Shown here in pieces: positions 9,446 through 18,170 of a stretch of 64,000 nucleotides of DNA (positions within the stretch are counted from its first letter, which is position 1; each line of letters begins with the position of its first letter). This DNA is from Candidatus Omnitrophota bacterium. GTDB taxonomy: Bacteria; Omnitrophota; Gorgyraeia; Zapsychrales; JANLHA01. Under the pieces are notes generated by a model. That model was not told the origin of the DNA. It saw only the letters and a list, made by a program, of their open reading frames with translations, and searched no databases. The DNA lies in NCBI GenBank assembly GCA_040753435.1, contig JBFMEN010000069.1, positions 47,551-111,550 of the forward strand. Direction: 5' to 3'. The position numbers and the translations under genes were made by a program.

Positions 9446-9676
9446 ATGCAACCTCAAGACAAGTATGAAATGTATTTAGTGAAGGCAGTGTTTTCAGTTT
9501 TTTTAATAGTGTTAATCGTTTTTGCGGGCGGAATGGCTGAAAAGATGGCGAAAACAAGAGTTAATGAAGAGGCTGAATATTTAGGAGATGATTTGTTATT
9601 TTATGACAACGTGAATATGCTTGTGGTTGGAATGGAGGGAGAGAATGAAGCGGGGACGTGGCCTCTTGATCGTTGA
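9446..9676 (+). CDS. Small hypothetical membrane protein (77 aa, one TM helix)
   Basis: The ATG at 9446 follows AGGAGA (9435-9440). One hydrophobic helix (LVKAVFSVFLIVLIVFAGG). The 3' end overlaps the pncA start by ~30 nt. This replaces the longer listed ORF 9377..9676. Confidence 0.3.
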   Translation: MQPQDKYEMYLVKAVFSVFLIVLIVFAGGMAEKMAKTRVNEEAEYLGDDLLFYDNVNMLVVGMEGENEAGTWPLDR

Positions 9677-10253
9677 TATGCAAATCGATTTTTGTCCAGG
9701 CGGAGCATTGCCGGTTCCTCACGGTCATGAAATCGTTCCCTCCCTGAATAAATATATCGATCTTTTTTTCGATGAAAAATATCCAGTCTTGGCCTCAAGA
9801 GACTGGCATGCGTATAACTCAAAGCATTTCGATGTTCTGGGAGGACAATGGCCTGTTCATTGTGTCCAGGGAACCGAAGGCGCAAAATTTTATCCCATGC
9901 TGCATCTTCCGCCAAATGTGATTGTTCTTTCCAAAGGAATGGACCCGGATGAAGACGGTTATTCTGTCTTTGCTGCTGAGAGTGAAGATGGGGAACGGTT
10001 TGCGGATATTCTTGAGCGTTTAAATGTGAAGGATCTCTTTGTCGGCGGGTTGGCAACTGATTATTGTGTGAAACAAACCGTTCTGGATGCGTTGGCATTT
10101 GGATTCAAGACCTATCTGCTGATTGATGCAACAAAAGGGGTTAATGCTTCAGCGAACGATGTCGCCAACGCAATAAAAGAGATGAGAGATAGCGGTGTGG
10201 AAGAAATTAATTATGATCAACTTGAGAATATGACGCGGTACCGCAAGGCGTGA
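9645..10253 (+). CDS. pncA: Nicotinamidase/pyrazinamidase (isochorismatase family)
   Basis: GLLIVDMQIDFCPGGALPV... and catalytic-cysteine region VGGLATDYCVKQTV. The ATG at 9645 is preceded by GGAGGGA. Confidence 0.8.
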   Translation: MKRGRGLLIVDMQIDFCPGGALPVPHGHEIVPSLNKYIDLFFDEKYPVLASRDWHAYNSKHFDVLGGQWPVHCVQGTEGAKFYPMLHLPPNVIVLSKGMDPDEDGYSVFAAESEDGERFADILERLNVKDLFVGGLATDYCVKQTVLDALAFGFKTYLLIDATKGVNASANDVANAIKEMRDSGVEEINYDQLENMTRYRKA

Positions 10254-10380
10254 GCACGAAATGAAAGGCGAGGTGGAATGAATCGGCAGCGGTTTTTTTA
10301 CCCGACCCCGGGAGCGAATACCGGGGGTGGAAATCGGAGAGATTATCAATGCCCGGGCATTAAGGATATAATTTGCAGAA

Positions 10381-11565
10381 ATGAAAAGTGAAGTTAAAGA
10401 AAATATTATAGTTGCCGGAGGCGGTTTTGCCGGATTGGCAGCGCTGGAGCGGTTGTCAAAAAATGATCTAATCCGGCGCAAGCACCGTCTTGTTCTGATT
10501 GATCGCAAAGAAGAATCCGATTTTCTCCCAATGGCTCCCGATGTTATGGCAGGATGGCTTGAACCCCGGCATGCCTCAGTTAGTTTACGAAAGCATTGCC
10601 GGTCAAGAAACGTCGAGTTTATAAAGGGTGATATTGAAGGAGTGGATTTGGGGAAAAAACTGATTCGGCTTCCTCATGAAGAAATAAATTTCAGCTATCT
10701 TGTTTTGTCATGTGGTGGAGAACCTGGTTTCTTCGGCAACGACGTTTTTAAACAGCGCTGTTTAAAATTGAATTCCATTCAAGATGCAATTAAAGCCCGA
10801 GAAACTCTGCGTAAAGCAGTAAAAAGTCCGGAGCAATTTAACATCGTAATTATCGGAGGAGGATATACCGGGATTGAAGCGGCGATGGCTTGCCGATTCT
10901 TTCTTAAACGTCATGGTGGAGAGCATGCCGTTATTACCATTGTTGAAAAAGCGAGTGATGTTTTGCTGATGGTCCCTGACTGGTTGAGGATAAGGGTCAG
11001 GAATGTTTTGCGATGCAATCGGATTAATATCCGGACAGGCGACAGCCTTGTTAGTTTCGAGGGAGGAACAGCCTGTTTTAAAAAAAGCGGTCCGCTGGGT
11101 AATGCGTTTTGTATTTGGTCAGCAGGCGTTATTACGTCAGCGTTTATTCAAAATATCGCTTCTGAGAAAAACCGAACAAGGATTATTGTTGATGAATATC
11201 TCAGGATGCGAAACTCTCAGCATGATTCCGTTTTTCTGGCCGGAGATAATGCGGCTTTTCTTGATACAGATGGTAACCCTATTCGAATGGCGGTTAAATT
11301 TGCTATTGATCAGGGAAGTCTGGCAGCTGCAAATATTGTTCATATGATACGTAATGAAGAACTGGAAAAATATAGTCCGGTGGATGTCGGTTTTTTGATC
11401 CCGTTAATGGAGGGACGGGCGCCGGGAATCGTTCTCGGCAGGCGAGTCACGGGTAAAATGGGTTTTTTTCTTCATTACTTTATGTGTGTTTTTCGTTCTT
11501 ACGGTAGAAATAAATGGGGGATTCTTTGGGATTTCATGGTTTCCCGGAGAAAATCAGTGAGTTAA
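10381..11565 (+). CDS. FAD-dependent pyridine nucleotide-disulfide oxidoreductase (type II NADH dehydrogenase / sulfide:quinone reductase-like)
   Basis: Two Rossmann GxGxxG motifs ([13 protein letters not shown]; [14 protein letters not shown]) with NDH-2-like spacing. Confidence 0.6.
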   Translation: MKSEVKENIIVAGGGFAGLAALERLSKNDLIRRKHRLVLIDRKEESDFLPMAPDVMAGWLEPRHASVSLRKHCRSRNVEFIKGDIEGVDLGKKLIRLPHEEINFSYLVLSCGGEPGFFGNDVFKQRCLKLNSIQDAIKARETLRKAVKSPEQFNIVIIGGGYTGIEAAMACRFFLKRHGGEHAVITIVEKASDVLLMVPDWLRIRVRNVLRCNRINIRTGDSLVSFEGGTACFKKSGPLGNAFCIWSAGVITSAFIQNIASEKNRTRIIVDEYLRMRNSQHDSVFLAGDNAAFLDTDGNPIRMAVKFAIDQGSLAAANIVHMIRNEELEKYSPVDVGFLIPLMEGRAPGIVLGRRVTGKMGFFLHYFMCVFRSYGRNKWGILWDFMVSRRKSVS

Positions 11566-11578
11566 GAAAGGAGAAAAG

Positions 11579-12004
11579 ATGGAGGAATCGGTATATAAAG
11601 TCATTGAAATTACGGGGTCATCAAAAACTGATATGGAAGCTGCCATTCAAAATGCCATAAGCCAAACGGCCAAAACCGTTAAAGAAATACGCTGGTTTGA
11701 AGTTCTGAATACTCGTGGTTATGTAGAAAACGATCATGTGGCTTATTGGCAGGTGACCATCAAGATCGGTTTCCATGTCGACCAGAAGATCCAGGAGGAA
11801 TCGCATATGAAGAGTAACGTTTCCGTTAATAAAGGAAAAGAGACATCTGGAAAATATCGTTGTCTTGTTTGCGGTTATATCTATGATCCTGAAAAAGGTG
11901 ATCCGACCGCCGGGATTGAACCGGGGACGCTTTTTGAGAAGCTGCCCGCTGACTGGAAGTGCCCTGAATGCGGCGTGGGCAAGGACCAGTTCGAACCAAT
12001 GTAA
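11579..12004 (+). CDS. Dodecin (flavin-binding) fused to a C-terminal rubredoxin domain
   Basis: The N-terminal ~68 aa ([60 protein letters not shown]) match dodecin. The C-terminus ([17 protein letters not shown]...[17 protein letters not shown]) is a rubredoxin with two CxxCG knuckles. Confidence 0.75.
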   Translation: MEESVYKVIEITGSSKTDMEAAIQNAISQTAKTVKEIRWFEVLNTRGYVENDHVAYWQVTIKIGFHVDQKIQEESHMKSNVSVNKGKETSGKYRCLVCGYIYDPEKGDPTAGIEPGTLFEKLPADWKCPECGVGKDQFEPM

Positions 12005-12020
12005 AATAAGGAGAATTGGT

Positions 12021-12422
12021 ATGAAAAATTATGATCTGGCGCTGCTGATACTGCGTCTGGCTCTTGGGATTATTTTTATTGCACATGGAATGCAGAAACT
12101 TTTTGGAACATTCGGAGGATCAGGGGTCGATGGCTTTTCAAAAATGCTGATGAGCCAGGGTTTTCCTTTTCCTGAGGTCCTGGCCTGGCTGGTTGCCCTG
12201 ACTGAATTTCTCGGCGGGATCGGCCTTGTTTTCGGGATTGTTCCGAGGATTTGCGCATTCGGAATCGGGATAGTCATCGCTGTGGCGATTTGGAAGGTTC
12301 ATTTCCAAAGCGGGCTTTTTAGTTCCTCAGGGGGCTATGAATATCAATTGCTTATTTTAGCGTCGTGCTTAGTAATTCTTCTTTGTGGTGCCGGGAAGTT
12401 TTCATTCTTTGATCGTTTTTAA
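12021..12422 (+). CDS. DoxX-family membrane protein
   Basis: MKNYDLALLILRLALGIIFIAHGMQKLFG... is the DoxX signature. The ATG at 12021 follows GGAGAA. The listed ORF 11865..12422 has a spurious N-terminal extension overlapping the rubredoxin gene. Confidence 0.75.
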   Translation: MKNYDLALLILRLALGIIFIAHGMQKLFGTFGGSGVDGFSKMLMSQGFPFPEVLAWLVALTEFLGGIGLVFGIVPRICAFGIGIVIAVAIWKVHFQSGLFSSSGGYEYQLLILASCLVILLCGAGKFSFFDRF

Positions 12423-12457
12423 CAATAAAAAAGGGCTGAAGACTGAAAGGATGGGCG

Positions 12458-13000
12458 ATGAAGTTTAAAACTATTTTTTTTATTTTAGCATTGATCAGTC
12501 TTTTGCTGAATTTTTCTTATTGCCAGGAGGTGTTAAAGGCAAAGGCTGATCTTTATAACCCGGAAGGAAATAAAATCGGAACAGTTTATTTTGAGGAGAA
12601 AGCCGATATTGTAAAGATAACTGTTAATGTCACTGATCTTCCTCCCGGGACCAGGGCTTTACATATTCATGAAGAAGGCCGATGCGATCCGCCGGATTTT
12701 AAAACTGCCGGCGGGCATTTTAATCCTTACGATAAGCAGCATGGTTTTTTAAATCCGGAAGGACCTCATGCCGGAGACCTTCCCAATTTTGAAGTCAATA
12801 ATACCGGGATGACAACATTTACCGTTTTTACAAAACGTGTGACACTGGAACAGGATCACGCCAATTCTATATCAAGCGAAGGCGGGCGGTCTGTAATTGT
12901 TCATGAAAACCCGGATGATTATATTACTGACCCTGCCGGCATGGCCGGAAATCGTATCGCCTGTGGCATTGTTGAATCCATGACAAACGGAACGGATTAA
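12458..13000 (+). CDS. sodC: Cu/Zn superoxide dismutase (periplasmic, signal peptide)
   Basis: Signal peptide, then metal ligands HIHEEGRC, GGHFNP, HAGDLPN and GNRIACGIV. Confidence 0.85.
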   Translation: MKFKTIFFILALISLLLNFSYCQEVLKAKADLYNPEGNKIGTVYFEEKADIVKITVNVTDLPPGTRALHIHEEGRCDPPDFKTAGGHFNPYDKQHGFLNPEGPHAGDLPNFEVNNTGMTTFTVFTKRVTLEQDHANSISSEGGRSVIVHENPDDYITDPAGMAGNRIACGIVESMTNGTD

Positions 13001-13013
13001 AGGAAGTTAATTA

Positions 13014-13829
13014 ATGGTATTGATACCAGAAGACAGGGAGAGGCAGGAGTTGCTATCGCTGGCCAAAAAGGCTGCGAAGGAAGGCGGAGAAATTCATCGC
13101 CGTTATTATCATCAGGACATTCCGGTTCAAACAAAAGGCGTATCTTTCGATCTTGTCTCCGTGGTTGATACCGAATCTGAAAAATGTATTCTTGATATCA
13201 TTCAAAAGCATTACCCTGCGCATAATCTCCTTTCCGAAGAACGTGGGATTATTCAGAAAGGATCGGAACTTACCTGGGTGATTGATCCTTTAGATGGAAC
13301 AACAAATTTTATTTTCGGCATACCTCTTTTTTGTTCTTCCGTTGCCCTTGTTTATGGTAACCAGACTGTTGTTGGCGCTGTTTATGATGCCGTTCATGAC
13401 GAGATGTTCTCTGCAGTAGCAGGACAAGGGGCTTGGTTAAACGATCAGCGGATATCGGTTTCATCAGTCGGATTACTCGAAGAATCCATGATGATTACCG
13501 GCTTCTTTTATGATCGAAGTGAAGCGATGATAAAAAATCTTGAGAGCATGAAACATTTTTTTGAAGCTTCTGTGCGCGGAATCAGACGTTTCGGTTCAGC
13601 AGCGCTGGATTTGTGTTATGTGGCATCAGGACGAGCAACAGGTTTCTGGGAATTTCGTTTAAATCCCTGGGATTTTGCCGCCGGAGCACTGATCGTGCAG
13701 GAAGCCGGCGGAACGGTTTCAAACCTGAGAGGTGAAAATATTGATCCAACGAAGCAATCATATATTGTCGCTTCTAACGGCCGGATTCATCCGGAAGTTT
13801 TAAGTATTCTGCAAATGGTAGAAAAATAG
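13014..13829 (+). CDS. Inositol monophosphatase family protein (SuhB-like)
   Basis: WVIDPLDGTTNFIFGIP and WDFAAGALIVQEAGG motifs. Confidence 0.8.
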   Translation: MVLIPEDRERQELLSLAKKAAKEGGEIHRRYYHQDIPVQTKGVSFDLVSVVDTESEKCILDIIQKHYPAHNLLSEERGIIQKGSELTWVIDPLDGTTNFIFGIPLFCSSVALVYGNQTVVGAVYDAVHDEMFSAVAGQGAWLNDQRISVSSVGLLEESMMITGFFYDRSEAMIKNLESMKHFFEASVRGIRRFGSAALDLCYVASGRATGFWEFRLNPWDFAAGALIVQEAGGTVSNLRGENIDPTKQSYIVASNGRIHPEVLSILQMVEK

Positions 13830-13869
13830 CGTTGAAGGTTTACGGTGATGAGAGTGAAAGTGAGATATC

Positions 13870-15810
13870 ATGGCGCCTGCGGAACTTCCTGAACTTGATG
13901 ATCGAAAAACGGCTGACAAGAATTTACGTGGCTCATTCTGGGGACTCCTGATCTGGTTTTTGTTGATGTGGTTCCTTGTTTCCTCAATCTTTGGCTATTT
14001 TCAAGAAAAAAGCCAAGTCGAAATCCCTTACTCCAGTTTTAAAGAAGAAATCAGAAATAACAATATCGACAGCGTCACGATTGCAGGCAGCAGGATCATT
14101 GGACGGTTTAAACGAAGTTATCTGCCTGAAAATATTTCTTCTCCCGAAGCAACTGGCCCTTCCCAAGGAACGCGATATCAAATGTTTTCAACAGTGAAAC
14201 CAGATGTTGAGGATCCGGAATTACTCCAATTGCTTGAAGAGTATGATGTAGTGGTTAATGTGGAACCAGAAGAGCAGCCATGGTTTTTTCAATTGCTGAT
14301 TTATCTTTTGCCATGGATCCTGATTATCGGTTTTTTTGTTTATACAGGTCGCAAGGCTGGAGAACAGATGAAAAATATGGGTGGAGGAGGAGCGGGAGGA
14401 ATCTTTGGTATCGGCCAATCCCGCGCCAAACGATATTACCGTTCAATTACCAATATTACTTTTAAGGATGTAGCTGGTCTTGAGAATGCAAAACAGGATC
14501 TTACTGAAATCATCGAATATTTAAAGAATCCGAAAAAATTTGCTCGTCTCGGGGCTACGGTGCCCAAAGGAATCCTGTTGCTGGGACCCCCTGGATGCGG
14601 AAAAACACTCCTGGCCAGGGCAACTGCCGGTGAAGCCAATATACCTTTCTTTAGCATCAGCGGATCTGAATTCGTTGAAATGTTTGTTGGGGTTGGCGCT
14701 TCCCGTGTCCGCGACATGTTTATGAATGCAAAACGCGAAGCCCCCTCGATTATATTTATTGACGAAATTGATTCTATCGGAAGAACGCGAGGCTCCGGAT
14801 ACGGCGGGGGTCATGATGAACGCGAACAAACTTTAAATCAGATTTTATCAGAGATGGATGGATTTGAACCGCAGCAGTCTGTAGTTGTCATGGCTGCTAC
14901 GAACCGTCCCGACGTCCTCGATCCTGCCTTAACGCGCCCGGGCAGATTTGACCGTCATATCACGATTGAACTGCCGAAGAAACAGGCCAGGATTCATATT
15001 CTTCAGATTCATGTCAGGGATGTTCCCTTAAAGGAGGACGTTGATCTTGAAAATCTTGCTGCGCGCGCGGTCGGTTTCTCAGGGGCGGATTTAAAGAATC
15101 TTGTCAATGAAGCCGCACTGTTAGCCGGAAGAAAAAACAAGGAGAAGGTTGACTCCTCGGATTTCGAAGAAGCACGGGACAAGGTCTTGTTGGGCGCGGA
15201 ACGTGAAGAACTTTTGGATGAGCGCGAAAAAAATTTAATTGCATTTCATGAGGCAGGACATGCTTTACTGGCAAAACTCTTGCCTGATGCCGATCCACTT
15301 CAAAAAGTGACCATAATTCCTCGGGGAGCAGCGCTTGGTTCAACTGAGCAAATCCCGGAAATCGACAGGCATAATTATAGTCGTTCCTATTTGCTTGATT
15401 TAATAACGGTAAGGCTTGGCGGCCGGTCAGCGGAAGGATTGGTATTCGGAGAAGTAAGTAACGGGGCAGCCGCGGATCTTAAACAGGTGACCCAGATTGC
15501 AAGGAAAATGATATGCCAATGGGGGATGAGCGATCGGATCGGACCCATTAGTTATCAAATGTTGGAAGACCATGTTTTTTTGGGACAAGAGCTGAGCGAA
15601 CAAAAAGATTTTAGTGAATATACAGCCCGGATTATCGATGAAGAGATCCACCGCATTATTTCTGAATCAGAGCAAAGGGCGATGGATGTGATTAAAAATA
15701 ACCGGGGGAAACTTGAAATCATTGCGCAAGCATTGGTTCGTAATGAAACCCTTTCTAACGATGAAATTGACAAACTGCTGAACTCGTCGGATTCTCACCA
15801 AACATCCTGA
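13870..15810 (+). CDS. ftsH: ATP-dependent zinc metalloprotease FtsH
   Basis: Two N-terminal TM helices, AAA+ Walker A GPPGCGKT, Walker B IIFIDEIDS, SRH, and zinc motif HEAGHAL. Confidence 0.9.
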   Translation: MAPAELPELDDRKTADKNLRGSFWGLLIWFLLMWFLVSSIFGYFQEKSQVEIPYSSFKEEIRNNNIDSVTIAGSRIIGRFKRSYLPENISSPEATGPSQGTRYQMFSTVKPDVEDPELLQLLEEYDVVVNVEPEEQPWFFQLLIYLLPWILIIGFFVYTGRKAGEQMKNMGGGGAGGIFGIGQSRAKRYYRSITNITFKDVAGLENAKQDLTEIIEYLKNPKKFARLGATVPKGILLLGPPGCGKTLLARATAGEANIPFFSISGSEFVEMFVGVGASRVRDMFMNAKREAPSIIFIDEIDSIGRTRGSGYGGGHDEREQTLNQILSEMDGFEPQQSVVVMAATNRPDVLDPALTRPGRFDRHITIELPKKQARIHILQIHVRDVPLKEDVDLENLAARAVGFSGADLKNLVNEAALLAGRKNKEKVDSSDFEEARDKVLLGAEREELLDEREKNLIAFHEAGHALLAKLLPDADPLQKVTIIPRGAALGSTEQIPEIDRHNYSRSYLLDLITVRLGGRSAEGLVFGEVSNGAAADLKQVTQIARKMICQWGMSDRIGPISYQMLEDHVFLGQELSEQKDFSEYTARIIDEEIHRIISESEQRAMDVIKNNRGKLEIIAQALVRNETLSNDEIDKLLNSSDSHQTS

Positions 15811-15936
15811 TATTCCATACATTTTTATCTGGGGGAAGAAAGTCTATTTTAAGTGGCGCAAGCTGATTTAGAAAACCATGGGTTTTCGTTAGAGTAGGAA
15901 GAGCTCATAATTTATACCTTTAAATCAGGAAACCAT

Positions 15937-16623
15937 ATGTTGCTGAGCTTAACTCATTTAAAAGGACGCCAGTTAAAGACAAAGAACGGTGAGGCCGGGC
16001 GCATCAGGGATTTTCATTTTGACGATAAGAAATGGCGGTTGATGCTTTTTGTGACCGATTCGGGTTCCAGGTTTAACGCGCAGAATGTTTACATATCATT
16101 TGTTGAATTTAATAGTAAATCACGATGGCCGGATAACGCCACGTCTATCAATAGTGTCAAAAAATCGCGCAATGAACTGCTGCCTGATACGGATATTTGC
16201 AGCAGTGAAATAAAAAGAGCCGAACAGTTCAGGCATTATTATTACTTGCCGGAGTGGGTCAAGGCCCATCCGGATAAACCATCAATTCTTGGATTGTTTT
16301 ATGAGAGTGATGATCCGGTTGAAAAAAATAAAGAGGTCGATCAGGATCGTTTTCACAGTCTGGAAGAAATGCTCGGGTATCAGGTCAGGGCATTGGACGG
16401 CGATATCGGTCATGTCTCCGATTTGATTGTTGATGATTACTCATGGAAGATTTTTTTTATTGTTTTCCAGATAAACAAACTCCTCGTTTCAAATGAGATG
16501 CTGATAGGGACGATGGATGTTATGCGGGTTCAGTGGCCGACACGTGAAGTTTTCATTGGCACGACAAAGGATCAGGCCTTCAGCTATTCGGGGCTATCAC
16601 ATTCACAAGACCGTTCTCAATAA
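15937..16623 (+). CDS. PRC-barrel domain protein (tandem PRC barrels), paralog 1
   Basis: LKGRQLKTKNGEAGRIRDFHFDDKKWRL and LGYQVRALDGDIGHVSDLIVDDYSWKI resemble PRC-barrel (PF05239) repeats. It is paralogous to 16646..17389 and 25128..25865. Confidence 0.55.
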   Translation: MLLSLTHLKGRQLKTKNGEAGRIRDFHFDDKKWRLMLFVTDSGSRFNAQNVYISFVEFNSKSRWPDNATSINSVKKSRNELLPDTDICSSEIKRAEQFRHYYYLPEWVKAHPDKPSILGLFYESDDPVEKNKEVDQDRFHSLEEMLGYQVRALDGDIGHVSDLIVDDYSWKIFFIVFQINKLLVSNEMLIGTMDVMRVQWPTREVFIGTTKDQAFSYSGLSHSQDRSQ

Positions 16624-16645
16624 CTCAGTTGATGAAGGGAACAGT

Positions 16646-17389
16646 ATGTTGAGAAGTTTGAAAAGCATATTAGGGTACGCGATTCAGGCGAAGGATGGCC
16701 AAATCGGAAGCGTAAAAGATGCCTTCTTCGATGACGAAAGCTGGGTGATTCGTTATCTGGTCATCGAAACTGGGACCTGGCTATCGGGCAGAAGTGTTTT
16801 GCTGTCGCCGATCGCGTTTACCCCCCCAAATACAAAACCGGATTGGAGTACGAAAACGATAGAAGTATCCTTGACAAAAGAACAGGTGAGGGTATCGCCA
16901 GATGTTGACGCAGATAAACCTGTTTCCCGTCAGAATGAGATAAAGATGAGCCAGCATTATAAGTGGTCGAAATATTGGGAGCATGATTTTTTTGCAGTTC
17001 CCAGAACCAAATACACGATCCCTGATATAGCCGTTGATGATGAGGGCAATGACCTGCATGTGAGGAGTGCAAGAGAAATTTTGGGTTATTTAGTCCACGG
17101 AATTGACGGTAATGCCGGGCGCGCAGAGGATTTCATTATTGATGATGAAACATGGCATCTGGTCTATTTTGTTGTCGGCATAAAGAAAATCTTTCCCGGG
17201 AAGAAAGTCTTGCTTGCCCTGGAATGGATTAAGTCGATCAGTTGGGAGAGATCCCGGGTTGACGTAGATTTGAGCTGCGACAGCGTTCGAAATGGACCCG
17301 AATTCCATCCTGATGAACCGGTTAATCGGGAAGTTGAAGAGGTATTATATGATTTTTATGGAAGGCCGAAATACTGGAGTCAAAGATGA
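16646..17389 (+). CDS. PRC-barrel domain protein (tandem PRC barrels), paralog 2
   Basis: ILGYAIQAKDGQIGSVKDAFFDDESWVIRYLVIETGTWLSGRSVLL and ILGYLVHGIDGNAGRAEDFIIDDETWHLVYF; ends ...YDFYGRPKYWSQR, matching the third copy. The ATG at 16646 is the first Met after the upstream gene's stop. Confidence 0.6.
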   Translation: MLRSLKSILGYAIQAKDGQIGSVKDAFFDDESWVIRYLVIETGTWLSGRSVLLSPIAFTPPNTKPDWSTKTIEVSLTKEQVRVSPDVDADKPVSRQNEIKMSQHYKWSKYWEHDFFAVPRTKYTIPDIAVDDEGNDLHVRSAREILGYLVHGIDGNAGRAEDFIIDDETWHLVYFVVGIKKIFPGKKVLLALEWIKSISWERSRVDVDLSCDSVRNGPEFHPDEPVNREVEEVLYDFYGRPKYWSQR

Positions 17390-17634
17390 TCAACGGAGAG
17401 GAGCAGATTAAGCGGGCTATTGTCGAGGCGTTATGTGAAGATCCGGATGTGGATGCGGCCGGGATAAGTGTCCGGGTGACGGGATCTTTAGTCGTTTTGA
17501 CCGGAACCGTACCAAATCAACGCGCCAGAGATGCTGCTTATCGTGACGCATTGTTATCAGATGATATTGAAGTAAAAAATTTTATTGTAGTTAATGACAA
17601 CCCGATTGACGACCCTAAAGCGCACATTGCTTGA
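17386..17634 (+). CDS. BON-domain protein (single BON)
   Basis: ISVRVTGSLVVLTGTVPNQRARDAAYRDAL... is a BON unit. A 4-nt overlap with the upstream PRC gene indicates coupling. Confidence 0.55.
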   Translation: MINGEEQIKRAIVEALCEDPDVDAAGISVRVTGSLVVLTGTVPNQRARDAAYRDALLSDDIEVKNFIVVNDNPIDDPKAHIA

Positions 17635-17664
17635 AAAGCCGGTTTGATAGAGAGATAACTTGAG

Positions 17665-18132
17665 ATGGAAACGATTAAGAGAAATATTGAAAACATTTTG
17701 TGCTGGGATAAACGGCTGGAAGGATCAAAGATCCGGGTCGAGGTTGCAAATGGCAGGGTTGTCTTAACCGGGATTGTATTGAATTATCAAGCCTGGGAAT
17801 CGGCGCGCAACGATGCCTTGATTATTCCTGATGTTGTTTCCGTTGAAAGCAGATTAAAGATCCGCAAGCGTGCGCATTTTAAATCACCTCCCGATCAAGT
17901 AATTCAAGAAAAGGTCAGGAAGTTATTTTCAATTAACACGGATGTTCGGAACAAGGATGTTACGATCCATGTTTCCAATGGTAACGTCACGTTAAGAGGG
18001 AATGTCGGCTCGTATTGGGAAAAAATGCTTGCATCGCGAATCGCTTACCAGGTAATAGGAGTGACACGTGTTTTTAATCAGCTTTCCGTCAGTATTACTG
18101 AAAAGAAGCAAAGTGAGTTGGTTTTTAATTAG
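17665..18132 (+). CDS. BON-domain protein (two BON repeats)
   Basis: IRVEVANGRVVLTGIVLNYQAWESARNDAL and VTIHVSNGNVTLRGNVGSYWEKMLASRIAYQVIGVTRVFNQLSV. Confidence 0.65.
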   Translation: METIKRNIENILCWDKRLEGSKIRVEVANGRVVLTGIVLNYQAWESARNDALIIPDVVSVESRLKIRKRAHFKSPPDQVIQEKVRKLFSINTDVRNKDVTIHVSNGNVTLRGNVGSYWEKMLASRIAYQVIGVTRVFNQLSVSITEKKQSELVFN

Positions 18133-18170
18133 GAAATGAGGGTTATTGGGCGAAGATATAGAAAGATCAG

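Noticed and set aside
9377-9676. 99-aa ORF starting at 9377 that overlaps the 3' end of the Tpx-PCD gene
   Set aside because: The upstream part has no RBS and overlaps the PCD domain. I kept only the shorter version starting at ATG 9446 (behind AGGAGA), and that only at low confidence.
11003-11347. Overlapping ORFs 11003-11347 (+) and 11137-11343 (-) inside the NDH-2-like gene. Similar internal ORFs occur throughout (e.g. 14436-14829, 31973-32167, 47421-47753, 60487-61145).
   Set aside because: They are embedded in confidently assigned genes on the same or opposite strand and are low-complexity translations. They were treated as spurious.
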